Below, piece by piece: positions 47,462 to 57,388 of a DNA stretch of 64,000 bases. The DNA is taken from assembly GCA_040218735.1 (NCBI GenBank), contig JAVJQW010000023.1, positions 640,001-704,000 of the forward strand, written 5' to 3'. Source of the DNA: Deltaproteobacteria bacterium (GTDB taxonomy: Bacteria; Myxococcota; Kuafuiibacteriia; Kuafuiibacteriales; Kuafuiibacteriaceae). The translations under genes were made by a program, and so were the position numbers. The notes below the pieces were generated by a model. It was not told where the DNA came from, did not search any database, and was given only the letters and a program-made list of their open reading frames with translations. Each line of letters starts with the position of its first letter. Position 1 is the stretch's first letter.

Positions 47462-49825
47462 TCACCGCGCCGCGGTCGGCGGCACACTCGTCGGGATCCG
47501 CTCCGGCACGCTCTGCTCCCGCTGCACGCGCAGCGCCTTCAGCACGTCCATCGGCCTGAACGGCGTCCGCCGCAGCCGGATCCCCACGGCGTCGAACACC
47601 GCGTTGCTGATCGCCGGGATCGCCGGGTGCAGCGGGCCCTCGCCCGCCTCCTTTGCGCCGTACGGGCCCTTCGGATCGTTCGACTCCACGATCAGCGATT
47701 GCAGGTCCGGCGTGTCGACGGTCGTCGGCATCTTGTAGTCGAGCAAGGACGGCGCGCGGTGCAGGCCGGTCCCCATGTGGAAGTCCTGCACCTCCATGAT
47801 CGCCTCGGCCGCGCCCATGTACGCCGAGCCTTCCATCTGCCCTTCGACCAGCACCGGCGCGAGCGCCTTGCCGCAGTCGTGTGCGATCCAGATCTTCTCG
47901 ACCTTGATGAACCCGGTCTCCTCGTCGACCTCGACCTCCACCACGTGCGCCGTGAACGAGTACGCGGGCGACGCCCCGATCGTCCCGCCGCGGTACGATC
48001 CGCCGAGCTTCTCGGTGCGGTAGCTGCCCGTCGACGCGAGCGAGCCGAACTTCGCCTCCGCCAGCTGGTACGCCTCCGCGATCGGCATCGACTTCGAAGT
48101 GTCCTGCGTCCACATCGCCATCCCGCCCGCGAGCTGCACCGACTTCGGCTTCACCTCCCAGGCCTCGCCGACCGCCTCCTGGATCTGCGCCTTGAGCTTC
48201 TGACACGCCTCGATGGCCGCGTTGCCGACCATGAACGTGCCGCGGCTCGAGTACGCACCGAGGTCGACCGGCGTCAGGTCGGTGTCCGAAGAGAACACTC
48301 GCACCGCGTCGAGCGGCGCGCCGAGCTCCTCCGCGGCGATGTACTGCAACAGGGAGTCGGAGCCCTGCCCGATGTCGGACGCTCCGCAGTGCACCGCGAT
48401 CACGCCGCTACGATCCACACGCACCATCACGCCGGACTGCGGCATCTCGTTCGGATAAATCGGGTACGCGGTCCCGCTGATGTACATCGACCCCGCGATC
48501 CCCAGCCCACGCCCGCGCGGCAGCTTGCCGTAGCGCGCACGCCAACCGGACGCCTCCTCGACCGCATCGAGGCACTGCAGGAATCCATTCGATGTAATCT
48601 TCTGCCCGTTGACGGTCTCGACGTTCTCGCCGATGAAGTTCTTCCGACGCAACGCGATCGGATCCATCCCGAGCTTCTCGGCCACCTCGTCGAGCTGAAC
48701 CTCGAACCCGAACCGCGGCTGCACACTCCCGTGCCCTCGCTTCGGCCCGCAGCACGGCTTGTTCGTGTACACACGGGTCGCGTCGAACGCGTAGGTCGGG
48801 AAGTGGTACGGCCCGGTCAGCAGCTGCCCCGCGTAGTACGCGGTGACGAGCCCGAACGAAGAGTACGCGCCACCGTCGATCAGGATCTTCGAACGAACGC
48901 CGGTGAGCGTGCCGTCCTTCTTGGCCCCCGTCGCAAACGTCATCAGCATCGGGTGCCGACCGCGGTGCGAGTAGAAGACCTCCTCGCGCGTGTAGAGGAG
49001 CTTCACCGGCCGCCCCGTCTTCATCGCGAGCTTCGACACCACGAACTCGAGATCGAACGGCTCGCTCTTCCCGCCGAACGCCCCGCCGAGCGCCGGCTGG
49101 ATGACGCGGATCTGTGACTGCTTCAGCCCGAGCACCTTCGCGAGCTCGCGGTGCAGGTAGTGCGGCACCTGCGTCGACGACGTCAGCGTGAGGAGCCCGA
49201 CGCCGTCGCCCGTCTCCTCCGCCCACTGCGCCACCGCGCAGTGCGGCTCGATCGGCGCGTGTGTCGTGCCCTCGAAGAAGTACTCGTCCTCGACCACCAC
49301 ATCGGCCGACGCGAGCGCCTCGTCCAGATCGCCGAACGCGAGGTCGACGCGCTTCGACACGTTGCCCTTCTTCTCGACCTGCCGCGCGTTGTAGTCGTGG
49401 ATGATCAGCTCGCGCTCCTTCACCGCCTCCAGCGGATCCAGGAGCGGGCGCAGCACCTCGTACTCGACCTCGATGAGCTTGAGCGCTTCGTTCGCCGTGT
49501 CCTCGTCGAGCGCCGCGACCGCCGCGACACCGTCCCCGACGTACCGCGCCTTGTCCGCCGCGAGCGCCTGCTCGTCCGGCGTCCAGGGGATGATGCCGTA
49601 GCGCGTGGGCATCTCGGCGCCGACGACGACGCCCTTCACGCCGGGGAGCGCCTCGGCCTTGGAGGTGTCGACACGAAGGATGCGCGCGTGGGCGTGGGGG
49701 CTGCGGAGGATCTTCGCGTGCAGCATCCCCGGCAGCTGGATGTCGTCGGCGTAGATCGCCTTTCCGGTGGCTTTGGCGTTGCCGTCGACCTTGCGGTGAC
49801 GACCCCCGATGACCTCGCTGCTCAT
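47462..49825 (-). CDS. Xanthine dehydrogenase-family molybdopterin-binding large subunit (HcrA/CoxL-like)
   Basis: KATGKAIYADD, RSPHAHA, LGGAFGGK, RGHG, DIGQGS, YSSR, GPYGAKEAGE. Confidence 0.9.
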   Translation of the reverse strand: MSSEVIGGRHRKVDGNAKATGKAIYADDIQLPGMLHAKILRSPHAHARILRVDTSKAEALPGVKGVVVGAEMPTRYGIIPWTPDEQALAADKARYVGDGVAAVAALDEDTANEALKLIEVEYEVLRPLLDPLEAVKERELIIHDYNARQVEKKGNVSKRVDLAFGDLDEALASADVVVEDEYFFEGTTHAPIEPHCAVAQWAEETGDGVGLLTLTSSTQVPHYLHRELAKVLGLKQSQIRVIQPALGGAFGGKSEPFDLEFVVSKLAMKTGRPVKLLYTREEVFYSHRGRHPMLMTFATGAKKDGTLTGVRSKILIDGGAYSSFGLVTAYYAGQLLTGPYHFPTYAFDATRVYTNKPCCGPKRGHGSVQPRFGFEVQLDEVAEKLGMDPIALRRKNFIGENVETVNGQKITSNGFLQCLDAVEEASGWRARYGKLPRGRGLGIAGSMYISGTAYPIYPNEMPQSGVMVRVDRSGVIAVHCGASDIGQGSDSLLQYIAAEELGAPLDAVRVFSSDTDLTPVDLGAYSSRGTFMVGNAAIEACQKLKAQIQEAVGEAWEVKPKSVQLAGGMAMWTQDTSKSMPIAEAYQLAEAKFGSLASTGSYRTEKLGGSYRGGTIGASPAYSFTAHVVEVEVDEETGFIKVEKIWIAHDCGKALAPVLVEGQMEGSAYMGAAEAIMEVQDFHMGTGLHRAPSLLDYKMPTTVDTPDLQSLIVESNDPKGPYGAKEAGEGPLHPAIPAISNAVFDAVGIRLRRTPFRPMDVLKALRVQREQSVPERIPTSVPPTAAR

Positions 49826-49904
49826 GCGGTCGAAACTAAGGGCGCCGAGAACCTCCAGGCAAGCGTCCTGGCCGTGGCGCGCGGCCTTTGCCAGGATGCG
49901 CCGC

Positions 49905-50735
49905 ATGTCCGCGGACCGCCCCGACGGTGTCTTCGACGCCTGGATTCAACACCCCACGCCCGCGTTCCTCGGCCACGAGATGTTCGCCTCGCTGCGCCGG
50001 TGGATGAAGATCGATCGCGTCCCGGACGAGATCCCGCTCGACCTCACCCGCGCGATGCTCGACGCCGCCGGGGTCACCCGTGCCGCCATCACCGCGTGGT
50101 ACGGCCCGGACGATCCGCTGATCGACAACGACGAGGTCGCAGCGTTTGCGCGCCAGGATCCGGACCGCCTGATCCCGATCGCCTCCGTGGATCTGCGGCG
50201 CCCGATGGACGCCGTCCGTGAGCTGCGACGCGCCGTCGAGGAGCTCGGCTGCCGCGGCCTGCGGATCCTCCCCTGGTTGTGGGGGCTCCCGCCGAACGAC
50301 CGCCGCTACTACCCGCTCTACGTCGCGTGCATCGAGCTCGGCATCCCGTTCTGCCTGCAGGTCGGCCACGCCGGTCCGCTACGGCCGTCCGAGCCCGGCC
50401 GCCCGATCCCCTACCTCGACGAGGTCGCCTGTGACTTCCCGGAGCTCACGATCGTCGCGGGCCACATCGGCTACCCGTGGACGAACGAGATGATCGCGCT
50501 CGCGTACAAGTACGAGAACGTCTACATCGATACGTCAGCGTACAAACCCAAGCGCTTCCCGCCCGAGCTCGTGCAGATGATGAAGGGGTCGGGGCGGCGC
50601 AAGGTTCTCTTCGGGAGCAACTACCCGATGATACCCCCGGCGGACTGCCTCGCCGAGGTCGACGCCCTAGGCCTCGACGACGACGCGCGCGCGCTGTTCC
50701 TGTTCGGCAACGCGACGCGCGTCTTTGGCGGCTGA
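49905..50735 (+). CDS. Amidohydrolase_2 family protein
   Basis: DAWIQHP, RYYPLY, QVGH, VAGHIGYPW, NVYIDTSA, KVLFGSNYP. Confidence 0.88.
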   Translation: MSADRPDGVFDAWIQHPTPAFLGHEMFASLRRWMKIDRVPDEIPLDLTRAMLDAAGVTRAAITAWYGPDDPLIDNDEVAAFARQDPDRLIPIASVDLRRPMDAVRELRRAVEELGCRGLRILPWLWGLPPNDRRYYPLYVACIELGIPFCLQVGHAGPLRPSEPGRPIPYLDEVACDFPELTIVAGHIGYPWTNEMIALAYKYENVYIDTSAYKPKRFPPELVQMMKGSGRRKVLFGSNYPMIPPADCLAEVDALGLDDDARALFLFGNATRVFGG

Positions 50736-50754
50736 GGCCGACGCTCGCGAGGAA

Positions 50755-51669
50755 CTATCCGTTGTAGATGTCCATCACCTTGTTCAGGAGGGCCATGCCG
50801 TCGGACTTGCTGCGCTGGAAGCTGTTGCGTCCGATGATCGAGCCGAAGCCACCGCCGGCGTGGATGCCACGGATCTCTTCGAGCACCGCGTCCTCGCCCT
50901 TCGCCGCGCCACCCGAGAAGATGACGATGCGACGGCCGTTGAAGGACGACTGGATCACGTGGCGGATGCGATCCGCGAGTGTGTCGATCTTGATGCCTTC
51001 CTTCTCGTAGACCTTCTTCGCGGCGCCCTGCTCGATGTGATCGGTCGGCGGCTTGACCTTCACGATGTGCGCGCCGAGCTGGCAGGCGATCTGCGCCGCG
51101 TACGCGACGACGTCGATCGCGGTCTCGCCTTCCTTCGACAGGCCGTTGCCGCGCGGGTACGACCAAAGCACGGTGGGCAGGCCGACGGAGCGCGCCTCGC
51201 GCGAGATCTCGCGGATCTGCTCGTACATGTCGTTGCGGAACGCCGAGCCGGGGTAGATCGTGAAGCCGATCGCGGCGCAGCCGAGCTCGAGGGCGTCCTG
51301 CACCGAGCCGGTGACGGCGGGGCAGGGGTCCTCGCCGCTGTAGAGCGAGTCGGAGTTGTTGAGCTTGAGGATCGTCGGGATGCGGCCGGCGAACTCCGCC
51401 GCGCCCGCCGCGATGAAGCCGAGCGGCGCCGCGTACGCGTTGCAGCCCGCGTCGATCGCGAGCTCGAAGTGATAGCGCGGATCGTAGCCCGCCGCGTTCG
51501 GCGCGAAGGTCCGCGCGGGGCCGTGCTCGAAGCCCTGGTCGACGGGCAGGATGACGAACTTGCCGGTGCCGGCGAGGCGGCCCGTGTTCATGATCTTGGA
51601 AAGGTTGTTGAGGACGCCGGGCGTCTCGGACGCATACCAGCTCAGGATTTCTTTGACGCGATCACTCAT
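50755..51669 (-). CDS. fbaB: Class I fructose-bisphosphate aldolase (DhnA family)
   Basis: ILPVDQGFEHGP, GCNAYAAPLG, TIYPGS, WSYPRG, AHIVKVK, GSIIGRN. Confidence 0.92.
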   Translation of the reverse strand: MSDRVKEILSWYASETPGVLNNLSKIMNTGRLAGTGKFVILPVDQGFEHGPARTFAPNAAGYDPRYHFELAIDAGCNAYAAPLGFIAAGAAEFAGRIPTILKLNNSDSLYSGEDPCPAVTGSVQDALELGCAAIGFTIYPGSAFRNDMYEQIREISREARSVGLPTVLWSYPRGNGLSKEGETAIDVVAYAAQIACQLGAHIVKVKPPTDHIEQGAAKKVYEKEGIKIDTLADRIRHVIQSSFNGRRIVIFSGGAAKGEDAVLEEIRGIHAGGGFGSIIGRNSFQRSKSDGMALLNKVMDIYNG

Positions 51670-51835
51670 TCGGTTCGGATTTCCTTTCAGAAACGGGAGC
51701 TATCAGGAAAGCGCCGCCAGATCGACCCCAACCGTCGCTATCGATTTCCCTCGCGAATCGCGGGGCGACCTTCGGTATCCTTTCGAGTCTGTGGGGGACT
51801 ACGCAACCCGGCGAAAGGAACGCTGGAGACGCCAC

Positions 51836-53038
51836 GTGGACCAGCAGGCCGACCGGCGGCGCCTCGGCGCGAAGAGCAGCTGGAGCCGTGTCGCCCAACG
51901 CCTCGGCCTCCAGATCCGGACCGACGAACCCCACCTCGTCGTCTTCGAGGGACGCCACGCGGGGTGCGCCATCGAGCTGCGTCGCACCACCCCGAACCGC
52001 CGCGTCGCCGAGTGGACGCTCGTCGTCGCGCGCGCCGACGTCGACCCGAAGATCAAGCTCACCAAGGAGAACGCCGTCACCCGCGCGAAGAAGCTCCTCG
52101 GCCACGAGGACGTGCTCACCGGCGCCGCGGGGTTCGACTACCTCGTCTACGTCGAGGGCGACGCCCCGCACCTCGTCGCGGCCCTCGACGACAAGACCCG
52201 CGCGGTCGCCTACCGCCTGATCGAACGCGGCGCGTCCGTCCAAGGCGGCGCGCTCCACCTCGTCCGACGCTCGACGCACGACTACGGCCCGCCGGAGCAC
52301 CTTCGGCAGGACATCGTCGACGCGTCTCGCCTGCTCCGTCGACTCGGCAACGCCACCGACGATCTCCGCACCCAGCTGCTGAAGAACGCACGCGACAGAA
52401 ACGAAGGGGTCCGCATCCACACCCTCGATCTGCTCCGACGCACCTACCCCTACGACGTCGGCGCGCTCGACTGGCCCCTCGAACCGGACGCCCCCACCGA
52501 GGTCGCGTGGCGCGTCGCGTTGATGTCTTCCCGGAGCGACGCCGGCACCCTCGCCCGGTGGGCGAACGACCGCGCGCTCGACCTGAAGGCACGCGGCGCG
52601 TTCATCGCTCGACTCGAGGCTCTCCTCCCGGCGCCCAGGGCGCTCGACGCGCTCCTCGCGCAGCTCGACCAAGACCTCTCCGGCGCCGCGACGCGACGCC
52701 TCCTCGCCCACGCCGACGACCCGAGCGTCGTGCGCAGCCTCGATCCCCAGGCGCTCGCCCTCCTGTTCGAGCGCGCGACCGACGTCGACCGGGTGCGGCT
52801 CGCCCACACGCTCGGGGAGGTCGGCGCGAGCGGCGCCATCGAGGTGCTCGTCGAGTATGCGAGCGGGTTCCTCCTATCGCGGGCCGTCAAAGACGCCGCG
52901 CGGCGCGCCGTTCAGCGCATCGAGCGCCGCGCGAAGACCCACCGCGGGCACCTCTCGGTCACCACCGCGCAGGAATCCGGGACGCTCTCCCTGAGCGGCG
53001 AAGCGGGACGGCTCGCGCTGTCGGACGACGACCCCTGA
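51836..53038 (+). CDS. Hypothetical HEAT-like protein with C-terminal GxLS[LV]-type repeats
   Basis: GGAG before GTG; helical repeats (DRNEGVRIHTL, DRVRLAHTLGEVG); tail GHLSV..GTLSL..GRLAL. Confidence 0.65.
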   Translation: MDQQADRRRLGAKSSWSRVAQRLGLQIRTDEPHLVVFEGRHAGCAIELRRTTPNRRVAEWTLVVARADVDPKIKLTKENAVTRAKKLLGHEDVLTGAAGFDYLVYVEGDAPHLVAALDDKTRAVAYRLIERGASVQGGALHLVRRSTHDYGPPEHLRQDIVDASRLLRRLGNATDDLRTQLLKNARDRNEGVRIHTLDLLRRTYPYDVGALDWPLEPDAPTEVAWRVALMSSRSDAGTLARWANDRALDLKARGAFIARLEALLPAPRALDALLAQLDQDLSGAATRRLLAHADDPSVVRSLDPQALALLFERATDVDRVRLAHTLGEVGASGAIEVLVEYASGFLLSRAVKDAARRAVQRIERRAKTHRGHLSVTTAQESGTLSLSGEAGRLALSDDDP

Positions 53039-53046
53039 CTGCTACA

Positions 53047-55977
53047 ATGACACCCATGCGCCGGTTCACGATCGCGAGCACCGGCGCCCTGGTCGCGGCG
53101 CTGTTCGCCTGCGACAACGGCGGCGGTCTCGAAGCCGCGCGCGGCCAGCTCGTGTTCTCGCCCGAGTCGATCGACTTCGGCGAGATAGCGGTCGGCGGCG
53201 CCACCGCGCAGCGCCTCACCGTCACCGCGCTGAACGTCGACGTCGACGCCACGTTCGAGATCGACGCCCCCTTCCGGATCAACAGCGAGGCCCCCGCGAC
53301 CGTGCCCCGCGCAGGTATCGCGCTCGACCTCGGCTTCGTGCCCACGGAGGGCGGCCGCGCCGACGGCGAGCTCCGCGTCACCGCGGGCGAAGACATCTAC
53401 ACCGTGGCCCTCACGGGCGTCGGCACCGCGGGCGGGCTCCGCCTCGTCTACGACGGCGCGCGCTGCGATTCGGGGGGCGTCTCCTTCGGCGCGGTGACCC
53501 GCTTCTCGGAGGTCCACAACTCGTTCTTCGTGGAAGCCGCCGGAAACCTCCCCGCGGACATCGTCGGCGTCTACCTCGCCGCCGGCAGCTCCTCGGACCT
53601 CGGCATCGTCGCGCCACGCGAGCAACGCCACACCCTCCAACCCGGCGAGCAGCTCGAGGTGGAGCTCGTGTACATCCCGAGCGACAACGGCGCCGACAGC
53701 GGCGAGGTCGTGTTCGAGCTCGCGACCGGGACGACCTTCACCGTCAGCCTTTGCGGCATCGGCTCCGCGGTGTCGGCGTGTGTCGAACCCGACCCCCTCG
53801 ACCTCGGCGCGGTTCCGGTCGGCAGCACCGCGCGCGGGACCTTCGCGATCCGCTCCTGCAACGACGAACCCCTGGTGATCTCCGATGTCACGCCCGTGAA
53901 CGACGCCGCGCACCCGTCCGATCCCGGCTTCGCGGTCGAGCTCCCGGACCGACTCTCCACGCCACTCCCCACGAACGCGAGCGTCGACATCACCGCGACG
54001 TACGCGGCCAACGACATCGGCGAAGCCACCGGCTGGCTCCGCATCGACACCAACGATCCGCTGACGCCATCCCATTACCTCCAGGTCACGGCAGATGCGC
54101 TCCCGCCCTGCCAGCTGCGTGTGTCGCCGGAGCGTATTGCGTTCGCCAACGTCCCGCTGGGGTCGACCCAGGTCCGTCGCGCGCTCCTGTTCAACGACAA
54201 CCCACGCGACTGCGACGTCGTCCGCACGCAGCTCGTCGGCGTCGACGCCGCGGCGTTCTCCGTCGAGACGAGCTCGGCCACGACGCTCGCCCCCGGCGCG
54301 GCCCTCCTCATCCCGATCACGTACACCCCCACGCGCGAGGACCGCGTCGAGTCTGCGCGGCTGGAGGTCGAGACGAACAACAGCTTCGTCAGCGCCGTCG
54401 ATCTCTTCGGCGCCGCGTTCCTCGACCCGGGCTGTCAGCTGGACATCCGCCCGAACGCGGTCAGCTACGGCGCGGTGGAGGCGGGCGTCACACACACCCG
54501 CGAGATCGTCGTGCGCAACATCTCCCAGTTCACGTGCGAGGTCGTCAGCGGGGTTTGGCAGTCCGGCACGAGCGCAGCGTGGACCACGACGAGTAACTTC
54601 CCGGTCGTCCTCGGCCCGCAACAAACGCGGCCCGTGACGATCGAGCTCGACGCCGATCGGCCCGGCGCACACAGCGGCGTCCTTCGGCTCTCCACGACAG
54701 ACGTCGATGACGCCACGGTCGACGTCGCCGTCCACGCGATCACCCGCGACGCGGAGATCTGCGTGCAGCCGGACAGCATCGACTTTGGCTCGCCGAGCGC
54801 ACCCGCGATGCAGACGGTGACGATCGCGGCGTGCGGCGCGGCGGACCTCGACGTCTCCGCGATTCAGTTCGCGGCGCCCGCCGATCCGGAGGTCACGCTC
54901 CTCGGCGTCCCGTCCCTCCCGACGACGATCCCCGCGGGCAACGCCGTCACGATCGACGTCCGCTACGCGCCGAACGACGAGTTCGCCGACTGGGCTACGC
55001 TGCAGATCGTCTCCGCCGACACACTCCGGCCCACGGTCAGCGTCCCGGTGCGCGGCGGCCCGCAGGAGTTCCCGCCGGAGACCGGCGAGAACCTCTACGT
55101 CTGGCAGTCGCAGGCGATCTACCGGTTCCCGTTGCAGGGGGGCTCGCCGGGCGCGCCGTTCTACGGACCTGCGGCGTCGCCGAGCCACGGCTGCTCGGGC
55201 TGCCACGCGGTGTCACCCGACGGACGTTACGTCGCGCTGATCGAGTACCCCGAGCTGGTGCTGATCGACACCACCACCAACATCGAGATCACCACCGGCA
55301 TCACCGCGAGCGTCGAGTCCGTCGCCTGGAACCCCGACGTGAACACCACGCCGCCGTACCAGTTCGTCTACGCGACCGGCGACGGTCCGCTCACCACCGC
55401 GTCCGTCACCGGACCGATCGGCGCGCTCCCCGGCACCGACGACGGCACCTACGTCTACAAGATGCCGGACTGGGGGCCGTCCGGTCAGATCGTCGCGGCG
55501 CGCGCGCCGAGCGCGGCGGCGACGACCGACTTCGCCTTCGTGGGCCCGGTCGATCTCGTGCTCGTCCCGGAGGGTGGCGGCGCGCCCGCGCTCGTGGCCG
55601 GCGCGAGCAACGACGGCGGCGGGCACTACTACCCGGCGTGGTCCCCGACCGGCACGTGGATCGCGTACACCCACAGCGTGTCGGCGGCGACGACCTACGC
55701 GGCCGCCGACGCCACCATCCGCCTCGTGCGCGCCAACCAGAGCGGCACCGTCGCGACGCTCCCGTTCGCGAACGACATCACCGGCGCCTCGAGCTACCCG
55801 ACCTGGAGCCTCGACGGCCGCATCCTCTCGTTCTCCTCGAACCGCAGCGGCGGCCTCGGCGACTGGGACGTCTACGCGGCCTTCGTCGACGACGCCAACG
55901 GCACGTCGAGCTCCGCAGTTCCGATCCAGAACATCAACACGCCGTCGTTCGATCACATCGCGATCTGGGCGCGCTGA
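53047..55977 (+). CDS. Lipoprotein with Ig-like (choice-of-anchor D) repeats and a C-terminal TolB/PD40 beta-propeller
   Basis: Lipobox LFAC; IDFG/LDLG/VSYG repeats; CSGCHAVSPDG; YYPAWSPTG, SYPTWSLDG, FSSNR. Confidence 0.85.
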   Translation: MTPMRRFTIASTGALVAALFACDNGGGLEAARGQLVFSPESIDFGEIAVGGATAQRLTVTALNVDVDATFEIDAPFRINSEAPATVPRAGIALDLGFVPTEGGRADGELRVTAGEDIYTVALTGVGTAGGLRLVYDGARCDSGGVSFGAVTRFSEVHNSFFVEAAGNLPADIVGVYLAAGSSSDLGIVAPREQRHTLQPGEQLEVELVYIPSDNGADSGEVVFELATGTTFTVSLCGIGSAVSACVEPDPLDLGAVPVGSTARGTFAIRSCNDEPLVISDVTPVNDAAHPSDPGFAVELPDRLSTPLPTNASVDITATYAANDIGEATGWLRIDTNDPLTPSHYLQVTADALPPCQLRVSPERIAFANVPLGSTQVRRALLFNDNPRDCDVVRTQLVGVDAAAFSVETSSATTLAPGAALLIPITYTPTREDRVESARLEVETNNSFVSAVDLFGAAFLDPGCQLDIRPNAVSYGAVEAGVTHTREIVVRNISQFTCEVVSGVWQSGTSAAWTTTSNFPVVLGPQQTRPVTIELDADRPGAHSGVLRLSTTDVDDATVDVAVHAITRDAEICVQPDSIDFGSPSAPAMQTVTIAACGAADLDVSAIQFAAPADPEVTLLGVPSLPTTIPAGNAVTIDVRYAPNDEFADWATLQIVSADTLRPTVSVPVRGGPQEFPPETGENLYVWQSQAIYRFPLQGGSPGAPFYGPAASPSHGCSGCHAVSPDGRYVALIEYPELVLIDTTTNIEITTGITASVESVAWNPDVNTTPPYQFVYATGDGPLTTASVTGPIGALPGTDDGTYVYKMPDWGPSGQIVAARAPSAAATTDFAFVGPVDLVLVPEGGGAPALVAGASNDGGGHYYPAWSPTGTWIAYTHSVSAATTYAAADATIRLVRANQSGTVATLPFANDITGASSYPTWSLDGRILSFSSNRSGGLGDWDVYAAFVDDANGTSSSAVPIQNINTPSFDHIAIWAR

Positions 55978-57348
55978 TCAGTTCCGCGTCGGCGCGTCGT
56001 TCTTCTGCGACAAGATCTGCGCGTTCTGCAGCGCCTCCGCGTCCGTGAACGCGACGTCGTACAGCGCGACGTAGCCGATGCGGCCGTCGACGGACTTGTC
56101 GTTCGTCGGCGCGTTGCCGATCAGGAAGGTGTCGCCCGCGAGGATCCGGAACGTCTCGCCCGGCTGCAGCGCGGCACTGGCGGGCCCCTGGTCCACGCCG
56201 TCCACGTAGAGGCGGAAGCGGTCCGAAGCGTCCGTCGCCGTCTGGTCGAAGACCGCCGTCACGACCGCCGGGGTCTTCCGGTTCATGTCGACCGACCAGA
56301 AGACGTTGAGGTTGTCGTTGCGCACCAGGTAGACGGCGTCGGTTCGCACGGCGAGCGCGCACTCGGAGTGGAACCCGGTGCCGATGTCGAACACGCGCGA
56401 CGCGTTGGCGTCGGCCTGAACCGTGACCACGGCCTCCATCGTGAGGGTCTCGGTGTCGGTGAACGCGTTGATGATCTTCGGCGTGACCTGTCGAGCGTAC
56501 GAGCCGCCCTGGCCTTCGTCGTCCCAGCGCACCACGCGGCCTTGCGCCGAGTCCTCGAAGTACGGGCCCGCCGTCGTCGCGAAGAGCTGGAGGTCGAACG
56601 CGGGTGACCGACCGGAGTCGGACACCGTGCCGGGACGTTCGCCGTCGGTCTCGTCGAGGAAGTAACGAACGACGAGCCCGCGCTCCACGAGGTCGCGCCG
56701 CTCCTCGATCGCGACGACAGCTTCGACGTCGCCGAGCAAGGCGCCCTCCGCGGCTTCCACGACCACCGTGAACGACTCCCCTTCGTCGATCGGATCTTCC
56801 TCGACGGTGACCGGGAGCTGCGCGGCGCGCACGCCCGCGGCGATCGTGATCGTCTGGTTCGTGAGTGGCTCGTAGTCGCCGGGCGCCACCGCGGTGCCGT
56901 CGCGTGTCGCCCACGTCAGCACGACGTCGTAGCCGACCGTCGCGGTGAGCGTGGCCGCGACGAGCGCGACGCTCCCTTCGATCGCCGTCGTGTCCGCGAC
57001 ATCGACGGTCGGCGCGCGCTCGCAGCTCGACGGTGCGACGCCGGGGACGCAGTACCAGCCGGACTCGATCGCACACGCCGCGGAGCAGCCGTCCATCGCC
57101 ACGCGGTTGCCGTCGTCGCAGGTCTCGCCCTCGTCGAGCGCGCCGTTGCCACACGCCGGCGGTCCGGCGTCGCGCGTCGGCCCGGCGTCGCGCGTGTTGT
57201 TGCCGCCGTCGTCGACGCCAGCGTCGCGGTCGGCGACGACGCTCGCGTCCGCGTCGTCGATCGGCTCGGGCACGGCCGGGTCGAACGAACACGCCGCCAA
57301 CGCGGCGGCGAGACACGGGGCAAAGCGGAGCACGACAGCTCGAATCAT
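55978..57348 (-). CDS. Lipoprotein with DUF4215 Cys repeat, Calx-beta and LamG-like domains
   Basis: LAAC; CGNG..ETCDDGN; TRDGTAVAPGDY; RLYVDG...IGN...GRIGYVALYDVA. Confidence 0.82.
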   Translation of the reverse strand: MIRAVVLRFAPCLAAALAACSFDPAVPEPIDDADASVVADRDAGVDDGGNNTRDAGPTRDAGPPACGNGALDEGETCDDGNRVAMDGCSAACAIESGWYCVPGVAPSSCERAPTVDVADTTAIEGSVALVAATLTATVGYDVVLTWATRDGTAVAPGDYEPLTNQTITIAAGVRAAQLPVTVEEDPIDEGESFTVVVEAAEGALLGDVEAVVAIEERRDLVERGLVVRYFLDETDGERPGTVSDSGRSPAFDLQLFATTAGPYFEDSAQGRVVRWDDEGQGGSYARQVTPKIINAFTDTETLTMEAVVTVQADANASRVFDIGTGFHSECALAVRTDAVYLVRNDNLNVFWSVDMNRKTPAVVTAVFDQTATDASDRFRLYVDGVDQGPASAALQPGETFRILAGDTFLIGNAPTNDKSVDGRIGYVALYDVAFTDAEALQNAQILSQKNDAPTRN

Positions 57349-57388
57349 GGTCGAGGCGCTCGTGGCGCCGCAACCACACCCGGGGCGG

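Noticed and set aside
50725-53046. N-terminal part of the 1750-aa ORF
   Set aside because: Antisense to fbaB and out of frame with the 51836 gene; the real start is at the signal peptide near 53047
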